Source of the DNA: Acidimicrobiales bacterium
GTDB lineage: Bacteria > Actinomycetota > Acidimicrobiia > Acidimicrobiales > RAAP-2
NCBI GenBank assembly: GCA_035552655.1
Contig: DASZLD010000038.1
Location: 3,165 to 67,164, forward strand
Direction: 5' to 3'
Length of the DNA stretch: 64,000 bases
Part shown: positions 35,061-44,262 of the stretch, one piece after another
How positions within the stretch are numbered: the first letter of the stretch is position 1
Layout: each line of letters begins with the position of its first letter
Program-made: the position numbers and the translations under genes
Notes under the pieces: model-generated
The model's input: only the letters and a program-made list of their open reading frames with translations
Told to the model about the DNA's origin: nothing
The model's database searches: none

Positions 35061-37043
35061 TTGTCCCGTTCAGGGCTACCATCGGCCGGACCGCGCACAA
35101 CGGGAGGCGCAGCCGAGATCGGGGGACTCGTGGCTGAAGACACCAGCATCAGGCCATTGGCGGCACATCTGCGCATCAATCGGCGCGTGATCCAGATCGC
35201 GCTGGGCGTGTTGTGGATCATCGCCGCCGGCCTGAAGTTCCAACCCAAGATGTTCGGGACCAGCTTCGTGTCCATGATGATCGACCCCATGGCGGCCGGT
35301 CAGCCCGGCGTCCTGGCTTCGTCGATCAGCCACATCGGCAATTTCCTGTCCCACGAGGTGGCCATGTGGGTCACCCTGTTCGGGTTGGTCGAGCTGATCA
35401 TCGGGGTGGGCCTGCTGTTCAAGCGAACGGTGAAGCCGGCGCTGGTGCTCTCGTTCGGCTGGGCCCTCGGTGTGGCGTGGTTCGGCGAGGGGTTCGGCAT
35501 GGTGTTCACGGGGCACTCGTCTCCCCTGACCGGAGGACCCGGGGCCGTCTTCCTGTATGCCGTCATCGGTGCCTTGGTCTGGCCTTCGCCCCAGCGCGAC
35601 CGCAGTGAGACGCGATCCGGCATGGCCTCGTCGGCCGTGGGGATGGGACCGTTCGGGGCCACCGGAGCGAGGGTGGTGTGGGCCGCGCTGTGGGTGTTCG
35701 AAGCCATCTTGTGGTTGTTTCCCGCCAACCGAACCCCGGGTTCCATCCACGATCAGCTGGTCGACACCGCCGGTGGAGAGCCGGGGTGGTACGCCCACTT
35801 CCTGAACTCGTTGGGCCACGCCTTCGTGGGGGCAGGCGCTCCGATCGCCGTGATCCTGGCGGCCGCCTCGTTGATCATCGGGATCGGGCCACTGGTCAGC
35901 CGGCGTGCCTCCATCTTCATCGGGCTGGGCATGGGTCTGGCCCTGCTCTACTGGGTGACCGGCGAGGGTGTCGGCGCATTGATGACGGGTATGGGATCCG
36001 ACCCCAGCAACGGACCGCTGGTTGTGCTCTTGGGCCTGGCCGTCCTGCCCACCGTTCCCGAACCGGCCGATGCCCCGGTTCCCGCCGCTCGCCTCTTCTC
36101 CCGGCATCCGGCGTGGGCCACCCTGGGGGTCCTCGGCCTGGCCGTGGTCCCCGCCGCCGTTGCCGTGGTCCCCACCACTCCCGTAGCCACGGCCGCACCG
36201 ACATCGTCCGGCCCGTCGCCGACCACCTCCTCGTCGTCCGGCTCGATGCCCGGCATGTCCATGTCGGGCACATCCGGGTCGTCCACGAAGGGCATGTCCT
36301 CGAGCACCAACATGTCCGGCATGGCCGGATTGGGCGTGACCGACCCGAACTGGAAGTACACGGGGCCACCACTGACCAGCGGTGAGCAGGCCTTGTTGAC
36401 CTCGGTGGGAAATGCCACCGACGCGGGACACGCCATGCAGACCCCGAACTGCACGACGACACCCACTGCGGCACAAACGCTGGGGGCGGTCCAATACGTA
36501 CAGGCGACGACCACCGCCGTGGCCAAGTACAAAGAGCTCAGCGCCGCCCTGGCCGCCGGCTATGTCCCCATCACGTCGACCGCCTATCCGATCGTGCACT
36601 ACCTCAACGTGGCCGACATGCGGTCAACGGACATGTTGGACCCCAACCACGTGGACTCCCTGGTCTACGCCACCACCCCCAACGGCCCCGTGTTGGTGGC
36701 GGCGATGTATCTGATGCCCGGACAGGGACCGGGTCCCATGCCCTACGGCTGTCTCGTGCAGTGGCACGCCCACACCAACCTCTGCACCTCGACGACGACC
36801 CATCTGATCCAAGGCTTCACGCCGTGCGCTCCGGGAACGGTCCACACCGGCCCGACGCCGATGATGACCCACGTGTGGCAGGTTCCGGTGGCCGGTGGGC
36901 CCCTGGCCATCGATCCGTCCGATCTCCAGGTAGTGGAAGCGGCGATCATGGCCCAACAAGAAGGCCTGGCCCCGACCACAACACCGGGCGGGACACCGAC
37001 CTATGACGGCAGTTCATCCGCCCGGACCGTCGGGGTTTCCTGA
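35061..37043 (+). CDS. Large membrane protein: duplicated multi-TM module, Ser/Met-rich linker and a His/Cys-containing extracytoplasmic C-terminal domain
   Basis: 660 aa. The two TM modules share W..GEG(F/V)G...TG..S....GP. The linker is SSSGSMPGMSMSGTSGSSTKGMSSSTNMSGM. The C-terminal domain contains QWHAH and MMTHVW. The start is uncertain (TTG 35061 or GTG 35130). Confidence 0.65.
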   Translation: MSRSGLPSAGPRTTGGAAEIGGLVAEDTSIRPLAAHLRINRRVIQIALGVLWIIAAGLKFQPKMFGTSFVSMMIDPMAAGQPGVLASSISHIGNFLSHEVAMWVTLFGLVELIIGVGLLFKRTVKPALVLSFGWALGVAWFGEGFGMVFTGHSSPLTGGPGAVFLYAVIGALVWPSPQRDRSETRSGMASSAVGMGPFGATGARVVWAALWVFEAILWLFPANRTPGSIHDQLVDTAGGEPGWYAHFLNSLGHAFVGAGAPIAVILAAASLIIGIGPLVSRRASIFIGLGMGLALLYWVTGEGVGALMTGMGSDPSNGPLVVLLGLAVLPTVPEPADAPVPAARLFSRHPAWATLGVLGLAVVPAAVAVVPTTPVATAAPTSSGPSPTTSSSSGSMPGMSMSGTSGSSTKGMSSSTNMSGMAGLGVTDPNWKYTGPPLTSGEQALLTSVGNATDAGHAMQTPNCTTTPTAAQTLGAVQYVQATTTAVAKYKELSAALAAGYVPITSTAYPIVHYLNVADMRSTDMLDPNHVDSLVYATTPNGPVLVAAMYLMPGQGPGPMPYGCLVQWHAHTNLCTSTTTHLIQGFTPCAPGTVHTGPTPMMTHVWQVPVAGGPLAIDPSDLQVVEAAIMAQQEGLAPTTTPGGTPTYDGSSSARTVGVS

Positions 37044-37101
37044 GGGTCGTCGACGGCCCGGATGCCATGGGGGTGCTCGGTGCCCACCGACGAGGATGAC
37101 C

Positions 37102-38373
37102 TCAGGTGGGCCGGGCCGGCAGCCCTACGCCTGTTGACCCACCGAAACCGGTGGCGGTCCCGTCAGCATTGATCACGCGATAGCTACTTCCGTCCGAGGT
37201 GGAGACCAAGCCGATTGAAGGCGACGATTGGCCCGTGCCCCCGAGGGAGCCGTAGAAGGGGGCATCACCAAAGGTGAACACACCACCGTCGGCGGCGACC
37301 AGCCAGTAGCCCATGCCGTCAGGGGCGGGGGTCAGGCCTACCACCGGCTGGTTGAGATGCTGACCGCCGAGGGAGCCGTAGAAGGCGGCGTCGCCGAAGC
37401 TGAACACGCCACCGTCGGAAGCCACCAGCCAATAGCCCATGCCATCGGGGGTCCGGGCCGCGGCCACCACCGGCTGGTTGAGATGCTGACCGCCGAGGGA
37501 GCCGGAGAAGGCGGCGTCGCCGAAGCTGAACACGCCACCGTCAGCGGCGACCAGCCAGTAGCCCTTGCCATCGGCCGTGCTGACCATGGCCACGATCGGC
37601 TGGTTGAGATGCTGGCCGCCGAGGGAGCCGGTGAAGGCGGCGTCGCCGAAGCTGAACACGCCACCGTCGGCGGCGGCCTCCCAATAGCCCATCCCATCCG
37701 GGGTCGCCGCTATGGCGACGACCGGCGCGTTCAACGGAAGACCGACGGTCGAACCGTAGGAGACGGCAGTGCCATAGGGATTGACCGCCCCGCCGGGTCC
37801 AAGGACCCAGTATCCCGAACCGTCAGGGGTGGCGGCCAGTCGTGCCCCTCCTACCGGGGCACTGGGCTGCACCGCGATGGTGATGGAGAAGGCGGGAGCC
37901 GTGGAGCCGTTCAGGCCACCCTGGAGGGTCTCCGTTCCGGCATAGACCGCCTCGTAGGGGAAAGAGCCAGTGACCGTGGCCCCGGGGGGCACGTTCGGGA
38001 ACTCGCAGTCGATGAAGGGAGGAAGGAAATGCTCGGAGGGGACCAGGACGCAGTTCGTTCCCGGTCCGGCCGGCTGGACGAAGCCCGACGTCGGCTGGGT
38101 GGTCACCACGCCCATGTCCTGAGTGACGCTGGCGGTGTTGGTGGCGCTGAACGACAAGAGGAGGCCGGTTCCTGCCGTCGCCAGCATCGGGGCAACCGAG
38201 CCGGTCGCCGTACCCACGGCCGAGTCCGCCGGCACTGGTGCCGCGGTTGTCGCCGGTAGGGGCGAGGGGTCGGCGCCGGCACTGGGCGCGAAGCCAGTCC
38301 CGAGCGAGCTTGCCACCACGACCACCGAAGCGACTGCAGCCAACCGACCAACCTTGATTCGCATGCCAACCAC
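37102..38373 (-). CDS. Secreted protein with five or more copies of a ~42-aa GYW..A.DGGVF.FGDA.F.GS repeat (probable beta-propeller)
   Basis: The signal peptide is MRIKVGRLAAVASVVVVASSLG. The repeats read GYWLVAADGGVFSFGDAAFSGSLGGQHLNQPVV at a 126-bp DNA period. Confidence 0.75.
   Translation of the reverse strand: MVGMRIKVGRLAAVASVVVVASSLGTGFAPSAGADPSPLPATTAAPVPADSAVGTATGSVAPMLATAGTGLLLSFSATNTASVTQDMGVVTTQPTSGFVQPAGPGTNCVLVPSEHFLPPFIDCEFPNVPPGATVTGSFPYEAVYAGTETLQGGLNGSTAPAFSITIAVQPSAPVGGARLAATPDGSGYWVLGPGGAVNPYGTAVSYGSTVGLPLNAPVVAIAATPDGMGYWEAAADGGVFSFGDAAFTGSLGGQHLNQPIVAMVSTADGKGYWLVAADGGVFSFGDAAFSGSLGGQHLNQPVVAAARTPDGMGYWLVASDGGVFSFGDAAFYGSLGGQHLNQPVVGLTPAPDGMGYWLVAADGGVFTFGDAPFYGSLGGTGQSSPSIGLVSTSDGSSYRVINADGTATGFGGSTGVGLPARPT
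37195..37745 (-). repeat. Intragenic 126-bp tandem repeats (four or more copies) encoding the 42-aa propeller-like repeat
   Basis: The landmark GAGGGAGCC recurs at 37243, 37369, 37495 and 37621, an exact 126-bp period. Long near-identical stretches lie between the landmarks. Confidence 0.85.
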
Positions 38374-38560
38374 CTTTCAGCGCGCCGACCAGCGGCAACA
38401 CGAATCCACCGTTACCGTGGCCAGATCTCCGTCCAGCAAGCCGGGCGATGAAGACAACGTAACCCCTCGGGCGCTCCAGTGCCCTGACGTGATCGATCGA
38501 GTGCGGGCCTGGTGCGATCGGGCGACACACGTTGGCGACCACCGCGCACAATGATGGGAT

Positions 38561-39958
38561 GTGGCCAGATGCCGGATCGTCGCCGTCGTTGTGATCACGG
38601 GATGCGTACTGGCCGCGTGCGGCCAGTCAACCAACGGGACACCGCATTCCTCGGCGCCGAGCTCGTCGACCACGACCACCACCAACTCGACCAACTCGGG
38701 CGCGACACCGGCCGCCAGCCAGTGGCTGACGTACCACGGCGACATCGCTCGCTCGGGCAACGCGATGAGCGAGCCGAACGTCTCGGCCGTGGGCCAAGCG
38801 TGGCGGGCCAAGCTCGATGGGCAGGTGTACGCCGAGCCGCTGGTCGATGGCGATCGGGTCATCGCCGCCACCGAGAACGACACCGTGTACTCCCTCGATG
38901 TCTCGACGGGTCAGGTCGAATGGTCGACCTCGCTCGGTGCACCGATGCCCGGGAGCGCCTTGCCTTGCGGGAACATCGACCCCTCGGGCATCACCGGCAC
39001 CCCGGTCATCGACCTCACTGACGGTGTGGTGTGGATCGTGGCCTTCGTCGAGCCTGGCCGGCATCAGCTCGTCGCCGTGGACCTGGCAGACGGACGCGTC
39101 CGGTCCCGTCAGTCGATCACCCTTCCCGGTGTCAATGAGCTGGCGGAGCAACAGCGTGGAGCACTCACCCTTGAGCACGGCAACGTCTACATCCCCTTTG
39201 GCGGGCTCTTTGGCGACTGCGGCCAGTACCGGGGTTTCGTGATGAGCTTTCCCACCACCGGCTCGGGAGCGCAGGGCACTTTCACCGTGCCCACCCCTCG
39301 TGAAGGGGCGATCTGGGCGCCGCCGGGACCGGTCGTCGATAGCGCAGGGTCGCTGTTCGTAGCCACGGGCAACGGCGCCTCGGCCTCGACCTATGACGAC
39401 GGCGACTCGGTCATCGCCCTCTCCCCGGCCCTGCAGGTGGTCGGTACCTTCGCCCCCTCGAACTGGGTACAGCTCAACCAGAACGACCTGGACCTCGGCT
39501 CGGTCTCGCCCACGCTGGTCGACAATGAGATCTTCCAGATCGGCAAGGAGGGAGTCGGCTATCTGCTGGACGCACATACCCTGGGCGGTATCGGCGGACA
39601 ACTCTCTGACGGCCAGGTGTGCTCAGCCGGAGCATTCGGGGGCACGGCCGTCGATGGTTCTGTGATCATCGTTCCCTGCCTGGATGGGCTGAAGGCAGTG
39701 CAAGTCGAACCCAACCACACCTTCCACATCGCCTGGTCGCAAGCATCGGTTGTGTCCAGCGCGCCGGTGGTCGCCGCCGGTCGGGTGTGGGCGGTGACCA
39801 GGAACGGCCAGCTGGCCGAGCTGAACGAGCAGACCGGTGCGGTGGTGCTGACGGAGCCCGTCGGAACAGAGGCCACGTCGTTCCCCTCGCTGGCCGTGGC
39901 CGGCGGAAGACTGTTCGCTCAGGGTGGCAACACCATCGTGGCCTTCAGCGGTATCTGA
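38561..39958 (+). CDS. PQQ-like beta-propeller repeat lipoprotein
   Basis: Has a lipobox (VLAAC) after a GTG start. Repeated (V)Y..D..TG...W motifs are typical of PQQ-like/BamB-like propellers. Confidence 0.75.
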   Translation: MARCRIVAVVVITGCVLAACGQSTNGTPHSSAPSSSTTTTTNSTNSGATPAASQWLTYHGDIARSGNAMSEPNVSAVGQAWRAKLDGQVYAEPLVDGDRVIAATENDTVYSLDVSTGQVEWSTSLGAPMPGSALPCGNIDPSGITGTPVIDLTDGVVWIVAFVEPGRHQLVAVDLADGRVRSRQSITLPGVNELAEQQRGALTLEHGNVYIPFGGLFGDCGQYRGFVMSFPTTGSGAQGTFTVPTPREGAIWAPPGPVVDSAGSLFVATGNGASASTYDDGDSVIALSPALQVVGTFAPSNWVQLNQNDLDLGSVSPTLVDNEIFQIGKEGVGYLLDAHTLGGIGGQLSDGQVCSAGAFGGTAVDGSVIIVPCLDGLKAVQVEPNHTFHIAWSQASVVSSAPVVAAGRVWAVTRNGQLAELNEQTGAVVLTEPVGTEATSFPSLAVAGGRLFAQGGNTIVAFSGI

Positions 39959-40092
39959 CAGCCGGTCCGAGCCAACGGGTCGGTCTCAGCTAGCCCTCAG
40001 CGGGGGCTCATTCCTCCCCCCACCTCGCTAGTGTCATGCTCGTCAAATTGCGACCCCTGGCAGAACATCGCCCCACCCCGAGAGCAGGAGCA

Positions 40093-41335
40093 CGTGACCC
40101 ACCCTCGTACCATCGGCGCCCGCTCACGAACGGCTCTCACGCTCGTCGGATCGTTGCTGGTCCTGAGCCTCGTTCTCTCTGCCTGCTCGTCGAGCTCGGT
40201 CGGGACCAGTGCCGGCAATCCAGGGACGTTCAGTACCAGCACCCAGTCCAAGCTGTCCGCCGTGGTGGCGCAATTCCTGGGCACCACACACGCCCCCGGC
40301 GTGCTGGTGGCCATACACAGCCCGGAGGGCAACTGGGTCAGCGGACGGGGATTGTCGAATCTTTCGACCTCGACGCCACTCCAACCCTGGATGCAGTACA
40401 AGATCGGGAGTCAGACAAAAGCGTTCACGGCCACCTTGATCCTCCAATTGGTCGGTGAGGGCAGACTGTCTCTCGACGATGACATTGCCCGCTGGGTGCC
40501 CGGCGTTCCCAACGGTCAACAGATCACCATCCGCCAACTCCTCAATCACACCAGTGGTCTCGGTGACGTCCTCAGCGTTCCCGCCATCCAGAACAAGCTG
40601 CTCACCGGATGTACCGTCACCGAGCTGTTGGCCGCCGGGGCCACGGCGACTCCGATCGCGGCCCCGGGCACGAAGTGGGTCTACAGCAACTACGGCTATG
40701 ACCTGTTGGGACGGGTCGCCGAGCTGGTGACGGGAACGGATCTCAGTACTTTGATCCGCCGGCGAATCGCCCAGCCGCTGGGACTGCAGGAGACGTACCT
40801 TCCTGTGTCGGGAACGGGCCTCGAGGCGCCCTACACCCACGGGTATGTCGCCGGAGCCACGCAGGCGCCCACCAAGGAGGATGACGCCACCCCTCTGCCC
40901 CAGTCGTGCCTGTGGGCCGCCGGCGGCATGGACTCCGACATGTCGGACCTGACCATCTGGTCACAGGCCCTGGCCACGGGGGCCCTGGTCAAGCCCAAGG
41001 TATGGAAAGAGGCACAGGCCGACCAGGTGCCCGTGTCCATCCCCCAGCTCGGGCGGGGTTCGCTCACCTGGGGCCTCGGGTTCATCGCGTCCGGAGGGTT
41101 CATCGGCCACCAGGGGGGCATGCCTGGTTATGAGACCATCTCGATGTACTCCCCCGCCCTGCGTGCTTCAGTCGTCCTCATGACCAACAAGCAGTTCAAC
41201 GCCATACCGCCGATGGCGCTCTTTCATGCCCTGGCATTGACGGCGTTCGGGCATCGGGTCCAATTCGGCGTCACCGTAGGCCAAGCCCTCGAACCGCTGG
41301 ATCAGGCCCAGCTCAACCACATTCCCGACGAGTGA
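40093..41335 (+). CDS. Serine hydrolase (beta-lactamase class C / DD-peptidase family) lipoprotein
   Basis: Has the SxxK motif (GSQTKAF) and the lipobox LSAC. GTG at 40093 follows an AGGAG Shine-Dalgarno sequence. Confidence 0.8.
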
Positions 41336-41467
41336 TCCCGTCACCGGTCATCACCGGCCAGGGCCGCTTCGGCCCCGTCGAGTCCGGCATCAACCCGGCG
41401 CGGTTGCCTGGCCCCGACCTTCGAGAACGGCCCGCTCGGTACCGGGATGTGCGACATCGGTGAGCGC

Positions 41468-41497
41468 TTGACATGTGACTAAATAGTCACCTATTAT
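41468..41497 (+). promoter_or_regulatory. Promoter with an embedded palindromic operator for the ArsR-SRPBCC gene (leaderless arrangement)
   Basis: TTGACA (41468-41473), an 18-nt spacer, then TATTAT (41492-41497). The spacer contains the perfect palindrome GTGACTA-AA-TAGTCAC (41475-41490). The GTG start at 41504 is 6 nt after the -10 box. Confidence 0.55.
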
Positions 41498-41503
41498 GAC
41501 CGT

Positions 41504-42256
41504 GTGGACGATGTGTTCAAAGCCTTGGCTGATCCGACCCGACGGAGCTTGCTCGACGAGCTGTTCCGGGAGGACGGGCAGACGTTGCGTGCCTTGGAGG
41601 AGCGCTTCGAGATGACGCGTTTCGGCGTGATGAAGCACCTCAAGCAGCTCGAGGATGCAGGGCTGGTGATGTCCAAGCGGAGGGGCCGGGAGAAGCTCCA
41701 CTTCTTGAACCCGGTCCCGATCCGGCTCGTCCACGACCGATGGGTGAGCAAGTACGCCGAGCCGTGGGCCGCCGAGCTCAGCGGCCTCAAGCAGAGACTG
41801 GAGAGTCCCATGGAAAAGGTATTCGAGATCTACATCCGCACCACCCCCGAACGGTTGTGGGAGGCGATCACCGATCCCGAGATCAGGAGCAAGTACAACT
41901 TCGGCGCCGGGGTCACCTCGGACTGGAAGGTGGGCTCACCCCTGAAGATGGGCTCACCTGACACCGATGGGCTGCTGGGCGGTGGCGAGGTCCTCGAGGT
42001 GGACCCGCCGCGACGTCTCGTCCACACCATGGTCGCCCTGTGGAGCGACGAGGTGAAGAGCGAGGGCGCCTCCAGGGTCACTTGGGAGATCGAGCCGGTC
42101 GAGGACTCCTGCCGGCTCACCGTGACCCACGATCAGCTGCGCGAGGACGCAAACTCCCAGATCTTCGGGGGCTGGCCCATGATCCTGTCCGGCCTGAAGA
42201 CCTGGCTGGAGACGGGTGAGCTGCTGACCACGCCGGGATCGCTGATGTACACCTGA
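41504..42256 (+). CDS. ArsR-family HTH regulator fused to an SRPBCC (AHSA1-like) domain
   Basis: The ArsR part is VFKALADPTRRSLLDEL.....TLRALEERFEMTRFGVMKHLKQLEDAGLV. The C-terminal part has an Aha1/SRPBCC pattern. The GTG start lies 6 nt after a TATTAT -10 box. Confidence 0.85.
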   Translation: MDDVFKALADPTRRSLLDELFREDGQTLRALEERFEMTRFGVMKHLKQLEDAGLVMSKRRGREKLHFLNPVPIRLVHDRWVSKYAEPWAAELSGLKQRLESPMEKVFEIYIRTTPERLWEAITDPEIRSKYNFGAGVTSDWKVGSPLKMGSPDTDGLLGGGEVLEVDPPRRLVHTMVALWSDEVKSEGASRVTWEIEPVEDSCRLTVTHDQLREDANSQIFGGWPMILSGLKTWLETGELLTTPGSLMYT

Positions 42257-42346
42257 GCGCGGCGCCAGGAGCAGGAGTGGAGACGGTGCAGTAGCAATCC
42301 AGCCGAACGCATACGAACGAGCCAGACCCAACAAGGAGAACGTGAC

Positions 42347-42736
42347 ATGTCCCCACTGGAAGCAACGAGCCCCATCATCGACCTGCGCACCGTGGGTGTT
42401 CCCGTGACCGATCAGGATCGAGCCTTGGCCTTCTACGTCGACGTGCTCGGCCTCGACACACGCCTCGACATGCCCATGGGCGGTGGGCGGCGATGGATCG
42501 AGGTGGCACCGGCCGGAGCGTCAACCAGCATCGCGTTGGTGGCGTCGCACGAGGGGCTGCCGGCGGGAGTGGAGACGGGCATCCGGCTCACCACGCCACA
42601 CGTCGATGCCAATCACGCTGCACTCCGGGAGCGCGGCGTCGACGCCGACGACGTCCTGCGATGGGAAGGCGTTCCCCCTATGTTCGCATTCCGGGACCAG
42701 GACGGGAACGGACTCGAGATCGTCGAGCAGTCATGA
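42347..42736 (+). CDS. VOC/glyoxalase family protein
   Basis: Contains FYVDVLGL...FRDQDGNGLEIVE, a typical glyoxalase/bleomycin-resistance fold pattern. Confidence 0.85.
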   Translation: MSPLEATSPIIDLRTVGVPVTDQDRALAFYVDVLGLDTRLDMPMGGGRRWIEVAPAGASTSIALVASHEGLPAGVETGIRLTTPHVDANHAALRERGVDADDVLRWEGVPPMFAFRDQDGNGLEIVEQS

Positions 42737-42795
42737 CTCGGCTATCCGCTCGAGGGGCGGCCACGCTCAGTACTGCCGATCAGCGCGATTCGACC

Positions 42796-43308
42796 TCACG
42801 GCCCGAAGCGCCATCGGGTTTGGGTGAACTCGCCCTTGCCGAAGCCGAACACCGTGGACGGCTCGACCCGGTACACCAGGGCAGTGCCGCCCTCTCCGAA
42901 GAAGGCGCCGTCGTGCACGTCGAAGTGCCAGTCGCTGCCGTATTTGGACACGTACACATCGGCCACTCGTGTGAGCTCAGCATCGTCGTTCACCCTCACC
43001 GAGGCACCTTCGACCACCGTGTCGAAGCCCTCATCGAGGGTGTTGCAACCGGTCATGAGGACGCAGTGAGGGTTGGCGGACAGGTTCAGCGCCTTGCGCT
43101 CGCTCGGACCAGTGGAGAAGTAGAGTGCTCCGTCGAGCCACACGGATATCAGCGGCGTGACATGGGGGCGGCCGTCAGGACGCACGGTCGAGAGCCAGTA
43201 CAGCCTGGCCCCCTCCAGTTCCTGGCGAGCCCGCCGCCACTCAGCCGCCCGGGCGCCGTCGGTGCTGTATCGAGCATCGAGCTCCGCCACTGGATCGGTC
43301 TCGGCCAT
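42796..43308 (-). CDS. Pyridoxamine 5'-phosphate oxidase-like (PPOX, possibly F420/FMN-binding) family protein
   Basis: Has the split-barrel pattern YWLSTVRPDGRPHVTPL..VWLDGALYF. I chose ATG at 43308 (MAETDP). Confidence 0.75.
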   Translation of the reverse strand: MAETDPVAELDARYSTDGARAAEWRRARQELEGARLYWLSTVRPDGRPHVTPLISVWLDGALYFSTGPSERKALNLSANPHCVLMTGCNTLDEGFDTVVEGASVRVNDDAELTRVADVYVSKYGSDWHFDVHDGAFFGEGGTALVYRVEPSTVFGFGKGEFTQTRWRFGP

Positions 43309-43410
43309 GTCTCTGTCCTTCCATCCGGGAATGCACTCTCCGGATGAGACGGGGTCCAAGCGCAGAGTTCATCGGTAGCACATGGGGCCCGTGGGGGCAG
43401 GCGTCCCCGG

Positions 43411-44031
43411 CTACGGCAGTGGGGCGGTGGCCGGGGCCAGCCGCGGCGTTCTCCCGAAGTGCACGGTGACACCGTCGCGTCGCATGCAGCGGGCGAACCA
43501 GATGACCGAGAGCGCGATGGCGCCAGCGGTGAGGGACACCGAGATGCCACTGCGCTCAACGGCGAACGCTCCGACCGACTCGGTGAGAAGCAGCCACAGC
43601 ACGACGGCACCGTTCAAGAACATGACCGTCGCCCACAGGAACGACACGCGGATGAAGAACCGATGGACGGTCGGTCGAGCCAGGAGCTCGGGGGTGAGGG
43701 GGCAGAAGTCGTGGGTGAACCGCTGGGTGAAGGGTCGACCCAGGAGGGCAGAGCCCACCAATGCCAACGACACCAGGAACGTGCTGGCCGTCGGCTGGAT
43801 GAAATAGAGGAAAGCGCTGCCGGTGATGAACGAGATGACCGTCCGCAAGGTCAGGAGGGCGGTGCCCACCAACAAGAGCGTCGACACCCGCTGATGGCGC
43901 ACCAGGCGGCGACCCACGATCAAGTAGGACCAGGCCAATGCGCCAATGAGGGCCCCGCGGAATCCGGCGATCAGCAGCATCAGGTAATACGCGCCCAGGG
44001 GCGCCACAACGCCTTCCAACACAACAGGCAT
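43411..44031 (-). CDS. Hypothetical integral membrane protein
   Basis: About five or six hydrophobic helices. No family is confidently recognised. The start is uncertain (44031 ATG, or upstream to 44160). Confidence 0.6.
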   Translation of the reverse strand: MPVVLEGVVAPLGAYYLMLLIAGFRGALIGALAWSYLIVGRRLVRHQRVSTLLLVGTALLTLRTVISFITGSAFLYFIQPTASTFLVSLALVGSALLGRPFTQRFTHDFCPLTPELLARPTVHRFFIRVSFLWATVMFLNGAVVLWLLLTESVGAFAVERSGISVSLTAGAIALSVIWFARCMRRDGVTVHFGRTPRLAPATAPLP

Positions 44032-44262
44032 CGCATGCCAGAGCACGTTGCGAGGGGCGGGAAGGTGAAGCACAGAGCCGGCGTGCCCATCGGGGTGATC
44101 TGAGAAGGTCAGCGCCCGCAGTGGCCGTCGGTAGCTACCGAGAGGGCTGATACGGCACACTACTCCTCTGGTGCCCTCGGAATTCGTCGGGCCACAAGGG
44201 CAACGACCCCTGTCTGCGCTTGCCTTTCTCCCTCCCAGGTCAGGGCTCCGACGACCGCCCGG

